Source of the DNA: Lysobacterales bacterium
GTDB lineage: Bacteria > Pseudomonadota > Gammaproteobacteria > Xanthomonadales > SZUA-38
Direction of reading: 5' to 3'
NCBI GenBank assembly: GCA_033722075.1
Contig: JAWVZU010000002.1
Coordinates: 3,266-67,265, forward strand
Length of the DNA: 64,000 nucleotides
Positions 18,237 to 28,425 of the stretch are shown here, piece after piece; within the stretch, counting starts at the first letter, position 1; each line of letters starts with the position of its first letter. The notes under the pieces are model-generated. The model saw nothing but the letters and a program-made list of their open reading frames with translations, was not told the origin of the DNA and did not search any database. A program made the position numbers and the translations under genes.

Positions 18237-19111
18237 AACAGGTCATGGTCGTCGGCGGCACCAATCAGATTGCCGCCTATCTGATTCCCGAACTGCTGAA
18301 TCGCCGCTATCACGTCGAGGTCGTGTCCCGGGCTCCGCGGCCACCCTGGATTACGCCGAACGTTCGCCTGAGCTGGCAGTTGCACGACCTCGCCGCGTTC
18401 CCCTTGTCGGGGCCGGTCGAGCGGGCGGTCTACCTGGCGCCCCTGGGGCTGGTCGGCCAGCTGGAGACGGCCCTGGCGCCGGGCGGGCGGATCGTCTGTT
18501 TCAGTTCGACCAGTGTGGTCTCGAAGGCGGATTCGAGCAGTGCGGCAGAGCGCGCGCTGGCCGCCGAACTCGAGAGCGGGGAACGGGCAGTCCGGGATCT
18601 CTCACGGCTGCACGCCGGCGAATGGACCATTCTGCGCCCGACCCTGGTGTACGGCGCCGGGCTCGATCGGAACCTGACTCGCATCGCCGCCAGCCTGGAA
18701 AAGTGGCGCGTCTTTCCACTGCCGGGCTCCGGCAGCGGCCGGCGCCAGCCGGTTCACGCCCAGGACCTCGCACGGGCTGCCGCGGCCTCGCTGGAACGGC
18801 CGGAGGCCGTCGGAAAGACCTATACGCTGGTTGGGGGCACGACCTTGACCTATCGGGAGATGATCGAGCGGATCTTCCGCTCGCTGGGCCGATCTCCGCG
18901 AATCCTGCCGTTGCCGCCGGCGGTGCTCAGGCTCGCCGTCGCCGCCGCGCGACTGCTGCCCCGCTGGCGTGACATCACCCCGGCCATGCTGGATCGCATC
19001 AATCAGGACCTGGTGTTCGACTCGGGCCCCGCCCGCGCCGATCTCGACTATCAACCTCGCGAATTCAATCCCACCGGCGAGACCTGGCAGCGGCTGGACG
19101 ATCGTCGCTGA
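18233..19111 (+). CDS. NAD(P)-dependent epimerase/dehydratase family protein
   Basis: ATG 18233 overlaps the upstream stop (ATGA). Rossmann N-terminus VMVVGGTNQIAAYLIPELL. An SDR-like body follows (ILRPTLVYG, VHAQDLA). Confidence 0.8.
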   Translation: MKQVMVVGGTNQIAAYLIPELLNRRYHVEVVSRAPRPPWITPNVRLSWQLHDLAAFPLSGPVERAVYLAPLGLVGQLETALAPGGRIVCFSSTSVVSKADSSSAAERALAAELESGERAVRDLSRLHAGEWTILRPTLVYGAGLDRNLTRIAASLEKWRVFPLPGSGSGRRQPVHAQDLARAAAASLERPEAVGKTYTLVGGTTLTYREMIERIFRSLGRSPRILPLPPAVLRLAVAAARLLPRWRDITPAMLDRINQDLVFDSGPARADLDYQPREFNPTGETWQRLDDRR

Positions 19112-19135
19112 CCGGACGCCCGCCGGCGGCGCAGG

Positions 19136-20809
19136 TCAGGCCTTGAGACGCTTGTACTTGATGCGGTGCGGGCGGTCGGCCTCGTCGCCCAGGCGCCGCT
19201 TGCGGTCGTTTTCGTAGTCCTCGTAGTTGCCCTCGAACCAGACCACTTCGCTGTCGCCTTCGAAGGCGATGATGTGGGTGGCAATCCGGTCCAGGAACCA
19301 GCGGTCGTGGGAGATCACCATCACGCAGCCGGGGAACTCGAGGATCGCCTCTTCCAGCGCCCGCAACGTTTCGACGTCCAGGTCGTTGGTCGGCTCGTCG
19401 AGCAGGAGGACGTTTCCCCCGCTGCGCAGTACCTTCGCCAGGTGGACCCGGTTGCGCTCGCCTCCGGACAGGTCCTTGACCTGCTTCTGCTGGTCCGCGC
19501 CCCTGAAGTTGAAGCGCCCGACGTAGGCCCGCGAGGGCGTCTGGTAATTGCCGACCTGGATGTGGTCCAGCCCGTCCGAGATTTCCTGCCAGACGCTGTT
19601 CGCTCCGTTCAGGGAATCCCGTGACTGGTCGACGTAGGCCAGTTCCACAGTGGGCCCGACCCGCAGGTTGCCGCCGTCCGGCTCTTCCTTGCCGGCGATG
19701 AGCGAGAACAGCGTGCTCTTGCCCGCCCCGTTGGGGCCGATGATGCCGACGATGGCGCCGCGCGGGACCTTGAAGGAGAAGTCCTCATACAACAGCTTGT
19801 CACCGAACGCCTTGGTGAGCCCTTCGGCCTCGATGACCAGGTCACCGAGACGGGGGCCGGGTGGGATGTAGATTTCCCGGGTCTCGTTGCGGGCCTGGTG
19901 TTCCTGGGAGCTCAGTTCCTCGAAGCGGGTCAGTCGCGCCTTGCTCTTGGCCCGGCGTCCCTTGGGGTTGGCGCGCACCCATTCGAGCTCCTGCTCGATG
20001 GTCTTGCGGCGAGCCTTGTTCTGGGCCTCTTCCTGCTGCAGGCGCTGTTCCTTCTGCTCCAGCCAGGAGGAGTAGTTGCCCTTCCAGGGAATGCCGTGTC
20101 CCCGGTCCAGCTCGAGGATCCACTCCGCGGCGTTGTCCAGGAAATAGCGATCGTGCGTGACGGCGACGACGGTGCCCGGGTATTCCAGCAGGAACCGCTC
20201 CAGCCAGGCCACGGACTCAGCGTCCAGGTGGTTGGTCGGCTCGTCCAGCAGCAGCATGTCGGGTTTCGCCAGCAGGAGACGGCACAGGGCCACCCGGCGC
20301 CGCTCGCCGCCGGACAGCTGTTCGACGGGCTGCTCCCAGGGCGGGAGGCGCAGGGCATCGGCGGCGATATCGAGGGTCCGGTCCAGTTCCCAGCCGTTGG
20401 CCGCATCGATCGCGTCCTGGAGTCGCCCCTGCTCCTCGAGCAGTGCATTCATCGCCTCGTCATCCATGGGCTCGGCGAACCGGGCGCTGATCTCGTCGAA
20501 GCGGTTCAGCAGATCCTTGATCTCGGCGACCCCCTGTTCCACGTTTTCTCGCACCGTGGTGCCCTCGGTCAGCTGCGGCTCCTGGGGCAGGAAGCCGATC
20601 CGGATGCCGGGCTGGGGACGGGCCTCGCCGTTGTAGGACTGATCCTCGCCGGCCATGATCCGGAGCAGGGTGGATTTGCCCGACCCGTTGAGACCCAGAA
20701 CGCCGATCTTGGCGCCCGGGAAGAACGACAGGGAAATGTCCTTGATGATCTCGCGGTTGGGCGGCACCGTCTTGCTGACGCCCAGCATGGTGTAGATATA
20801 TTGCGCCAT
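19136..20809 (-). CDS. ettA: Energy-dependent translational throttle ABC-F protein EttA
   Basis: [54 protein letters not shown] at the N-terminus. Two ABC cassettes and a C-terminal ...[12 protein letters not shown]. The start was set at the conserved MAQ, 18 nt inside the ORF-track start. Confidence 0.95.
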   Translation of the reverse strand: MAQYIYTMLGVSKTVPPNREIIKDISLSFFPGAKIGVLGLNGSGKSTLLRIMAGEDQSYNGEARPQPGIRIGFLPQEPQLTEGTTVRENVEQGVAEIKDLLNRFDEISARFAEPMDDEAMNALLEEQGRLQDAIDAANGWELDRTLDIAADALRLPPWEQPVEQLSGGERRRVALCRLLLAKPDMLLLDEPTNHLDAESVAWLERFLLEYPGTVVAVTHDRYFLDNAAEWILELDRGHGIPWKGNYSSWLEQKEQRLQQEEAQNKARRKTIEQELEWVRANPKGRRAKSKARLTRFEELSSQEHQARNETREIYIPPGPRLGDLVIEAEGLTKAFGDKLLYEDFSFKVPRGAIVGIIGPNGAGKSTLFSLIAGKEEPDGGNLRVGPTVELAYVDQSRDSLNGANSVWQEISDGLDHIQVGNYQTPSRAYVGRFNFRGADQQKQVKDLSGGERNRVHLAKVLRSGGNVLLLDEPTNDLDVETLRALEEAILEFPGCVMVISHDRWFLDRIATHIIAFEGDSEVVWFEGNYEDYENDRKRRLGDEADRPHRIKYKRLKA

Positions 20810-20930
20810 GGATCTCGGATTCTGCACGAAGGGGCGCGCATTATCGTCGATCTATCGCCGATCGCAAACCCGCGCCCTGCGACCGGACATCCATTACAAT
20901 AGTGGTTTCACTGCAGCAACAGGATGTCCC

Positions 20931-22193
20931 ATGTTCGACGCCCAGATGACCATTGCCGGTTTCGACGACGAACTGTGGTCCGCCATGGAAGGCGAGATGC
21001 GCCGCCAGGAAGATCACGTCGAGCTCATCGCTTCGGAAAACTACGCCAGCCCGCGGGTGCTCGCAGCCCAGGGTTCGGTGATGACCAACAAGTACGCGGA
21101 GGGCTATCCCGGCAAGCGCTACTACGGCGGTTGCGAGTACGTTGACGTGGCCGAAGAGCTGGCGCGCGAGCGCGTGAAGAAGCTTTTCGGCGCCGACTAC
21201 GCCAACGTCCAGCCCCACTCCGGGTCCCAGGCCAATGCGGCCGTTTACATGGCGCTGCTTTCGCCGGGCGACACGATCATGGGGATGAGCCTGGATGCCG
21301 GTGGGCACCTCACCCACGGCGCGAAGCCCAACTTCTCGGGAAAGCTCTACAACGCGGTCCAATACGGCCTGGACGAAGCCACCGGCCTGGTCGATTACGA
21401 CGCAATGGCGGACCAGGCGCGCGAGCACCAGCCCAAGATGCTGATCGGCGGGTTCTCGGCCTATTCGCAGATCATGGACTGGGCGAAGATGCGCGAGATT
21501 GCCGATGAGGTCGGCGCCTGGTTCGTCGTGGACATGGCCCATGTCGCGGGGCTGGTTGCCGCCGGCGTCTACCCCAACCCGGTCCCGCATGCCCACGTGG
21601 TGACTTCGACGACCCACAAGACGCTGCGCGGCCCGCGCGGCGGCATCATCCTTGCGCAGGCCGACGAGGCGATCGAGAAGAAGCTGAACTCGCTGGTATT
21701 TCCCGGGACCCAGGGCGGCCCGCTGATGCACGTCATCGCGGCCAAGGCGGTTGCCTTCAAGGAAGCCCTGGAGCACGGTTTCAAGACCTACCAGGAGCAG
21801 GTCGTGAAGAATGCCAAGGCGATGGCGGGGGTATTCATGGAGCGCGGGTACAAGGTCGTGTCGGGCGGGACCGAGAACCATCTGTTCCTGGTCGACCTCA
21901 TCGACAAGGACATCACCGGCAAGGATGCGGAGGCGGCCCTGGGGCGCGCCCACATCACGGTCAACAAGAATGCGGTGCCGAAGGACCCGCGATCGCCGTT
22001 CGTCACCAGCGGCCTGCGCATCGGTACCCCGGCGATCACCACCCGCGGCTACCTCGAGAGCGATGCCGCGGACCTGACCGGCTGGATCTGCGATGTCCTG
22101 GATGATCTGGACAACACGGAGGTCGAAGCGCGGGTCCGGAAGCAGGTCCTCGAGCAATGCCGTCGGCTCCCGGTCTACGGGCACCTGCTCTGA
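20931..22193 (+). CDS. glyA: Serine hydroxymethyltransferase
   Basis: [41 protein letters not shown] and the PLP-lysine region [15 protein letters not shown]. The start was taken at [12 protein letters not shown]. Confidence 0.97.
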   Translation: MFDAQMTIAGFDDELWSAMEGEMRRQEDHVELIASENYASPRVLAAQGSVMTNKYAEGYPGKRYYGGCEYVDVAEELARERVKKLFGADYANVQPHSGSQANAAVYMALLSPGDTIMGMSLDAGGHLTHGAKPNFSGKLYNAVQYGLDEATGLVDYDAMADQAREHQPKMLIGGFSAYSQIMDWAKMREIADEVGAWFVVDMAHVAGLVAAGVYPNPVPHAHVVTSTTHKTLRGPRGGIILAQADEAIEKKLNSLVFPGTQGGPLMHVIAAKAVAFKEALEHGFKTYQEQVVKNAKAMAGVFMERGYKVVSGGTENHLFLVDLIDKDITGKDAEAALGRAHITVNKNAVPKDPRSPFVTSGLRIGTPAITTRGYLESDAADLTGWICDVLDDLDNTEVEARVRKQVLEQCRRLPVYGHLL

Positions 22194-22217
22194 GCGCTGC
22201 GGGCTGAGGGATCAGCA

Positions 22218-22748
22218 ATGCACTGCCCGTTCTGCCAGGCAACCGATACGCGGGTGATCGACTCGCGCCTCAAGGGCGAGGGGTTCCAGATCCGGCGGCG
22301 CCGTGAGTGTTCCCAGTGTGGTGCACGCTTCAATACCTTCGAGACGCCGGAGATGAAGCTGCCCAACGTGGTCAAGAGCGGCGGCAACCGGGAGGCGTTC
22401 GATCCGGACAAGTTGCGCTCGGGCATGTTCCGGGCACTGGAGAAACGGCCGGTCGATACGGACGAGGTGGAAGAGGCCATTGCCCGGATTCTGCATGCGC
22501 TCCGGTCGGTCGATGCCGCGGAGATCCCGGCCAGGGCCATCGGGGAACACGTGATGGCCGAACTGAAGCGCCTGGACCAGGTTGCCTACGTTCGGTTTGC
22601 CTCGGTCTACAAGCGCTTCGAGGATCCGGACGCTTTCCTGGAAGTCATCGAACAACTCCGGACCGAGGCGCCGGAAGGCCTGGACTCGCGTCAGCTGTCG
22701 CTCCTCGGCAACCGCCTGGCCGGACTGGGCGACGGCGAAGAATCCTGA
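22218..22748 (+). CDS. nrdR: Transcriptional repressor NrdR
   Basis: Zinc ribbon MHCPFCQATDTRVIDSR...RRRRECSQCGARFNTFE followed by an ATP-cone. Confidence 0.95.
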   Translation: MHCPFCQATDTRVIDSRLKGEGFQIRRRRECSQCGARFNTFETPEMKLPNVVKSGGNREAFDPDKLRSGMFRALEKRPVDTDEVEEAIARILHALRSVDAAEIPARAIGEHVMAELKRLDQVAYVRFASVYKRFEDPDAFLEVIEQLRTEAPEGLDSRQLSLLGNRLAGLGDGEES

Positions 22749-22770
22749 CCCGCTGACCCGATTTCGGCCC

Positions 22771-23886
22771 ATGTCTGAATTCACTTCCGCCGATCATGCC
22801 TGGATGAGCCGGACACTGCGGCTGGCCGAGCGCGGCCTTTACTCGACCGATCCGAATCCCCGGGTCGGCTGCGTGCTGGTCCGGGACGGCGAACTCGTGG
22901 GGCAGGGGTGGCATGTTCGTGCCGGCGGTCCGCACGCGGAAATCGAGGCGCTGGCCGAAGCGGGCGATCGCGCCCGGGGCGCGACGGCCTACGTGAGTCT
23001 GGAACCCTGCTGCCACCACGGCCGAACCGGTCCCTGCGCGGAAGCGCTCATCGAAGCCGGTGTGAGCCGGGTCGTCGCCGCGCTGGAGGATCCGTTTCCG
23101 GAGGTAGCGGGCCGTGGGCTCGCCCGGCTTCGCGAAGCCGGCATTGCAACGACGCTCGGCCTGCTGGCCGAGCAGGCGGAGGAACTCAATGTCGGTTTTC
23201 TCTCGCGAATCCGGCGCGGACGGCCGTTCCTGCGGGTCAAGCTGGCCGCGAGTCTCGATGGGCGGACCGCCCTGCCCAACGGGATCAGCAAGTGGATCAC
23301 CTCGGAGGAGGCCCGCTCGGATGTTCAGGTCTGGCGCGCCCGGGCCTCGGCGATCATGACCGGAATCGGGACCGTACGGGCGGATGATCCGCAGCTCGAC
23401 GTGCGCATCAAAACGCCCCGGCAGCCGGCACGGATCGTCGTGGATCCCGGCTTTTCCCTGTCGTCGGAAGCGCGCCTGCTGTCGCGCGGCGGCCCCGTAT
23501 TCGTGATCGGAAGCGAAGAGGCCGCGGTGCCCGACTGGTACGAGAGCCGGGAAGTCGAAGCCATCCCCGTGCCCCGGGCTGGTGACGGGCTGGATCTTGC
23601 CGCGGCCCTCAAGCTGCTGGCGGCCCGGGGGATGAACGAAATTCACGTGGAAGCCGGTGCGATCCTCTGTGGCGCACTGCTGGAGGCGCGCCTGGTGGAT
23701 GAGCTGGTGCTCTACCTGGCGCCGAGACTGCTGGGGCCCGGCCGCGGACTGTTCGAGTTCACGCCCCTTGAAAGCATGGACCGCCGGATCAATCTAGCCT
23801 GGCATTCGATCGACCGGATCGGTCCGGATCTGCGCATCCGGGCCCGCCCGGAAAAGCCAGAGAGCCAATCATGTTCACCGGACTGA
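22771..23886 (+). CDS. ribD: Bifunctional riboflavin biosynthesis deaminase/reductase RibD
   Basis: Deaminase motifs NPRVGCVLV, HAEIEAL and SLEPCCHHGRTGPC, then a reductase domain. The start was taken at MSEFTSADHAWM. Confidence 0.93.
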   Translation: MSEFTSADHAWMSRTLRLAERGLYSTDPNPRVGCVLVRDGELVGQGWHVRAGGPHAEIEALAEAGDRARGATAYVSLEPCCHHGRTGPCAEALIEAGVSRVVAALEDPFPEVAGRGLARLREAGIATTLGLLAEQAEELNVGFLSRIRRGRPFLRVKLAASLDGRTALPNGISKWITSEEARSDVQVWRARASAIMTGIGTVRADDPQLDVRIKTPRQPARIVVDPGFSLSSEARLLSRGGPVFVIGSEEAAVPDWYESREVEAIPVPRAGDGLDLAAALKLLAARGMNEIHVEAGAILCGALLEARLVDELVLYLAPRLLGPGRGLFEFTPLESMDRRINLAWHSIDRIGPDLRIRARPEKPESQSCSPD

Positions 23887-24464
23887 TCCAGCACATCGGA
23901 ACGATCAAGCGCGCCGACCGCGTGGGTGGCGACCTGCGGCTGCAGATCGATGCGGGAGAGGATTACCTCCAAGGCGTCGAATCCGGCGCAAGCATCGCCG
24001 TCTCCGGCCCCTGCCTGACCGCCGTCGACATCACACGCGGTCATTTCTCCGCCGATGTCTCGGTCGAAACGCTGGACAAGACGACCCTCGCTGCCTGGCG
24101 TGCCGGCCGCCGGGTGAACCTGGAGAAATCCCTGCGACCGGATTCACCGCTGGGCGGGCATTTCGTGACCGGGCATGTCGACGGTCCGGGGCGCCTCGTG
24201 TCACGGCGACGCGACGCCCGCTCCGAGCGGATGCGATTCGAGGTGCCCGAGTCCATCGAGGCCCTGGTAGCGGAGAAGGGTTCCATTGCCATCGAGGGAG
24301 TGAGCCTCACGATCAACGCCGTTGCGGGGCGCTGTGTGGACGTGAACATCGTGCCGCACACGCTGGAGGCCACCACCCTGGGCGAACTGCGCCCCGGCGA
24401 TCGGGTCAACATCGAGGCCGACTTGCTGGCCCGCTACGTCGCACGCCTGCACGCGGTAGAATAG
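23871..24464 (+). CDS. ribE: Riboflavin synthase alpha chain
   Basis: [13 protein letters not shown]-terminus and duplicated lumazine-binding repeats ([12 protein letters not shown] / [11 protein letters not shown]). Confidence 0.93.
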   Translation: MFTGLIQHIGTIKRADRVGGDLRLQIDAGEDYLQGVESGASIAVSGPCLTAVDITRGHFSADVSVETLDKTTLAAWRAGRRVNLEKSLRPDSPLGGHFVTGHVDGPGRLVSRRRDARSERMRFEVPESIEALVAEKGSIAIEGVSLTINAVAGRCVDVNIVPHTLEATTLGELRPGDRVNIEADLLARYVARLHAVE

Positions 24465-24469
24465 TCGCC

Positions 24470-25613
<1,144 letters not shown>

Positions 25614-25627
<14 letters not shown>

Positions 25628-26084
25628 AGGGCAACTGACCGGCGCGGAGGGCAAGTTCGCCCTGGTGGCGGGGCGGTTCAACGGCATGATCGTGGAGTCC
25701 CTGGTTACCGGCGCGCGGGACGCGCTGCTGCGCCATGGCGTCGCCGATGAAAGTCTGACGCTGATTCGGGTGCCCGGCGCCTTCGAGATTCCCGCGGCTT
25801 GTGCCCGGGCCGTTGACAGCGGCGAATATGCCGCGGTAATCGCCCTGGGCTGCGTGATCCGTGGCGCGACACCGCATTTCGATTACGTGGCCGGCGAATG
25901 CGCCAAGGGGCTTTCGCGGCTGGGCATGGAATCCGACGTCCCGGTGGTCTTCGGTGTGCTGACCTGCGACACCATCGAGCAGGCCATCGAGCGTGCCGGT
26001 ACGAAGGCCGGCAACAAGGGGGCCGATGCCGCCATGGCTGCGCTGGAGATGGTCGATCTCTATGCCCGCATGCCCGGGTCATGA
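25614..26084 (+). CDS. ribH: 6,7-dimethyl-8-ribityllumazine synthase
   Basis: [28 protein letters not shown] and [15 protein letters not shown] are present. The start was taken at METIEGQL, overlapping the ribB end by 14 nt. Confidence 0.92.
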
Positions 26085-26530
26085 GCCGGGCCCGCAATCC
26101 GCACGTCCGCCGCTCCCGGGCGCGACGGCGGGCGCTTCAGGCCCTCTATCAATGGACCATCACCGGCCAGGAAAGCGCCGACATCCTGCGCCAGTTCGGT
26201 GAGGAACAGGACATGTCCAGCGTCGACGTCGAGTACTTCGAGGCATTGGTACGGGATACGATCGCATCGGCCCCGGAACTGACCTCCGCCCTGGGCGAGT
26301 ATCTGGACCGGGACTGGCAGCAGATCGATCTGATGGAACGCAGCGTCCTGCTCATCGGCGCCTTCGAGCTGCGCGCCCGTCAGGAAATTCCGTTCCGGGT
26401 GGCGATCAAGGAGTCGGTGGACCTGGCCGGGGCCTTCGGTACGGACCAATCGCCTGATTACGTGAACGCCGTCCTCGACCGCTGCGCCCGGGAATGGCGC
26501 GCAGACGAATACCGGGCTGCCTCCTCCTGA
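26081..26530 (+). CDS. nusB: Transcription antitermination factor NusB
   Basis: ATGA overlap with rib[17 protein letters not shown] at the N-terminus, [21 protein letters not shown] in the body and YVNAVLD near the C-terminus. Confidence 0.92.
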   Translation: MSRARNPHVRRSRARRRALQALYQWTITGQESADILRQFGEEQDMSSVDVEYFEALVRDTIASAPELTSALGEYLDRDWQQIDLMERSVLLIGAFELRARQEIPFRVAIKESVDLAGAFGTDQSPDYVNAVLDRCAREWRADEYRAASS

Positions 26531-26540
26531 GCCCCGCGCT

Positions 26541-27467
26541 GTGAACGAAGACCAGCTGGTCAAGGCGATCGAGGCCGCAGCCCGACGCCTTCCTCCCGTG
26601 CGTCTCGGAATCGGAGACGACGCTGCGCTGGTCGATGTGCGCGAGGGGTGCGAGCTCGCGGTCTGCGTCGACACGCTCAACGAAGGCGTTCACTTTCCCG
26701 CCGATGTGGCGCCCGCCGACCTGGGGCACAAGGCGCTCGCGGTCAACCTCAGCGACCTGGCGGCGATGGGCGCCGACCCGGCCTGGGCCCTGCTGAGCCT
26801 TTCGCTGCAGCAGGTCGAGGAACGCTGGTTGGGACAATTTCTTGATGGTTTTTGCGATCTGGCGGAGCGGTTCCGGGTTGCGCTGGCCGGCGGTGATTCC
26901 ACGAAAGGCCCGCTTGCGGTCTCGGTGACCGTAGCCGGCTACGTTCAGCCGGAGCAGGCGCTGCTGCGCGGCGCCGGGCGCGCCGGGGACCACCTGTGGG
27001 TTTCCGGCACCCTGGGCGACGCGGCGGCGGCCCTCGGGGGGTGCCCTGATGAATTCCTGGACGCGCGCCTTCATCGCCCGGAACCGCGAGTGGCGCTTGG
27101 CCAGGCGCTGCGCGGCCTGGCCACCTCCTGTATCGATCTCTCGGACGGCCTGAGGCGGGATCTCCCGCGGCTTTTGCCGTCGGGCAGGGGAGCGCAGGTG
27201 GACGTGTTCGCCTTGCCGCGATCCGAGGCCCTGCGTGCGGCAGCGGATGATCGGCGGACACTGAGCTGGGCGATGGTCGGCGGGGATGACTATGAGCTTT
27301 GCTTCACTGCCGCGCCCGAGCATGGCGATGCGGTTCGGGACGCCGGCCGGCGCGCCCGCGTAACGGTCACCCGGATTGGAATGGTGACCAGGGATTCCGA
27401 GCTGCGCTGGCTGGACCGGCACGGCCAACCCTTCGAGCCCGAGTCGGCGGGCTTTGAGCACTTTTGA
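26541..27467 (+). CDS. thiL: Thiamine-monophosphate kinase
   Basis: GIGDDAALV, NLSDLAAMGA and GGD..ELCFT motifs of the AIR-synthase-like fold. Conserved nusB-thiL synteny. Confidence 0.9.
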   Translation: MNEDQLVKAIEAAARRLPPVRLGIGDDAALVDVREGCELAVCVDTLNEGVHFPADVAPADLGHKALAVNLSDLAAMGADPAWALLSLSLQQVEERWLGQFLDGFCDLAERFRVALAGGDSTKGPLAVSVTVAGYVQPEQALLRGAGRAGDHLWVSGTLGDAAAALGGCPDEFLDARLHRPEPRVALGQALRGLATSCIDLSDGLRRDLPRLLPSGRGAQVDVFALPRSEALRAAADDRRTLSWAMVGGDDYELCFTAAPEHGDAVRDAGRRARVTVTRIGMVTRDSELRWLDRHGQPFEPESAGFEHF

Positions 27468-27473
27468 AGGCGG

Positions 27474-28091
27474 TCAAAGTCCGCTTTCGGGGATGTAATC
27501 GAAGACCTTCACGACCTGCTTTACGCCCCGCACACGGGCAACCCGCTCGGCAACCTTCTCGGCTTCTTCCTCGGTTACCAGACCCATCAGGTAGGCGATG
27601 CCGCGCAGGCTGGTGACCTTCACCCGGGCCGGGTCGAAGCCGGGCAGCCCCGTGCCCAGCAGCGCGGCCTTGATCTGGCCGGTAAGCAGCGTGTCGCGGC
27701 TGCGCCGGCCGAGGCCGGTCTGTTCGCCTATGGCCAGCTCGTTGACCACCCGCTGGACGTCGCCGACCTGCGAGACGATCCGCTCCGCTTCCTGCTTGGC
27801 CTCCTCCGTTCGCACTTCGCCGGCAAGGAGCACCGTGCGGTTGTAGCTGACTACGCGGATGTGGTTGCCACGTCCTGGCGCACCGTCCTGGTGGAGCCGG
27901 TCCGTTGCGTGCAGTTCGATCGCATTGTCGTCGAGAATCGTGCCGGCGCTTCGGCGATCGTGCACCGTCGCCGCCACCCCGCCCACCACCGCCGCGGCGC
28001 AGCCGGACAGGGTGGCGATGATGAGCAGCAGGACCGCGAGGCGGAACAGGCCGGAGACGGACGGATGGGTAGGGTCAGCTTTCAAAGGCAT
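27474..28091 (-). CDS. dolP: Dual-BON-domain outer-membrane lipoprotein (DolP/YraP-like)
   Basis: Lipobox IATLSGC/AA and two BON repeats (IRVVSYNRTVLLAGEV; VKVTSLRGIAYLMGLV). The start was taken at MPLKAD, 75 nt inside the ORF-track start. Confidence 0.8.
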   Translation of the reverse strand: MPLKADPTHPSVSGLFRLAVLLLIIATLSGCAAAVVGGVAATVHDRRSAGTILDDNAIELHATDRLHQDGAPGRGNHIRVVSYNRTVLLAGEVRTEEAKQEAERIVSQVGDVQRVVNELAIGEQTGLGRRSRDTLLTGQIKAALLGTGLPGFDPARVKVTSLRGIAYLMGLVTEEEAEKVAERVARVRGVKQVVKVFDYIPESGL

Positions 28092-28425
28092 TGCGTATCC
28101 ACTCGTAGCGTGGCCAGACGGTGCCGCTGATGGACACCACGTCGAACCGGCAGGGGCGCTCGGCATACTGGGGATAGCGACCGAGAAAATGGCGCGCGGC
28201 GCGAATCAGGCGCTGGCGCTTGGTCGATCCGATGCTTTCGGCGCCGCTGCCGAACCGGGATGGCGAACGGTACCGGACTTCCACGAAACTGATCGTGTCG
28301 CCGTCAGTCATCACCAGGTCGATTTCGCCGAAGCGACAACGATAGTTGCGGGTCAGCGGCTGCAGGCCGCGGCGGCGCAGGAAATTCGCCGCTCGACGTT
28401 CCCATTGCCTGCCATTGCCGGTCAC
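28075..28425 (-). CDS. yraN: YraN family (UPF0102) endonuclease-like protein
   Basis: GRQWERRAANFLRRRGLQPLTRNYRCRFGEIDLVM..ISFVEVRYR, and conserved lpoA-yraN synteny. Confidence 0.85.
   Translation of the reverse strand: MTGNGRQWERRAANFLRRRGLQPLTRNYRCRFGEIDLVMTDGDTISFVEVRYRSPSRFGSGAESIGSTKRQRLIRAARHFLGRYPQYAERPCRFDVVSISGTVWPRYEWIRNAFES

Noticed and set aside
19112-19135. GC palindrome CGCCGGCG in the 24-nt gap between the convergent epimerase gene and ettA, as a possible bidirectional terminator
   Set aside because: The self-complementary 8-mer has no loop and no U-tract, so it cannot be supported as a terminator.
19898-22184. 334-aa plus-strand ORF antisense to ettA, and 447-aa minus-strand ORF antisense to glyA
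   Set aside because: Both overlap unmistakable conserved genes on the other strand and have the composition typical of GC-driven shadow ORFs.
22194-24469. Looked for an FMN riboswitch (RFN element) upstream of the rib genes
   Set aside because: nrdR, ribD, ribE and ribB are separated by 22 nt or less, or they overlap, so there is no room for a riboswitch of about 150 nt. No RFN-like conserved core was seen.
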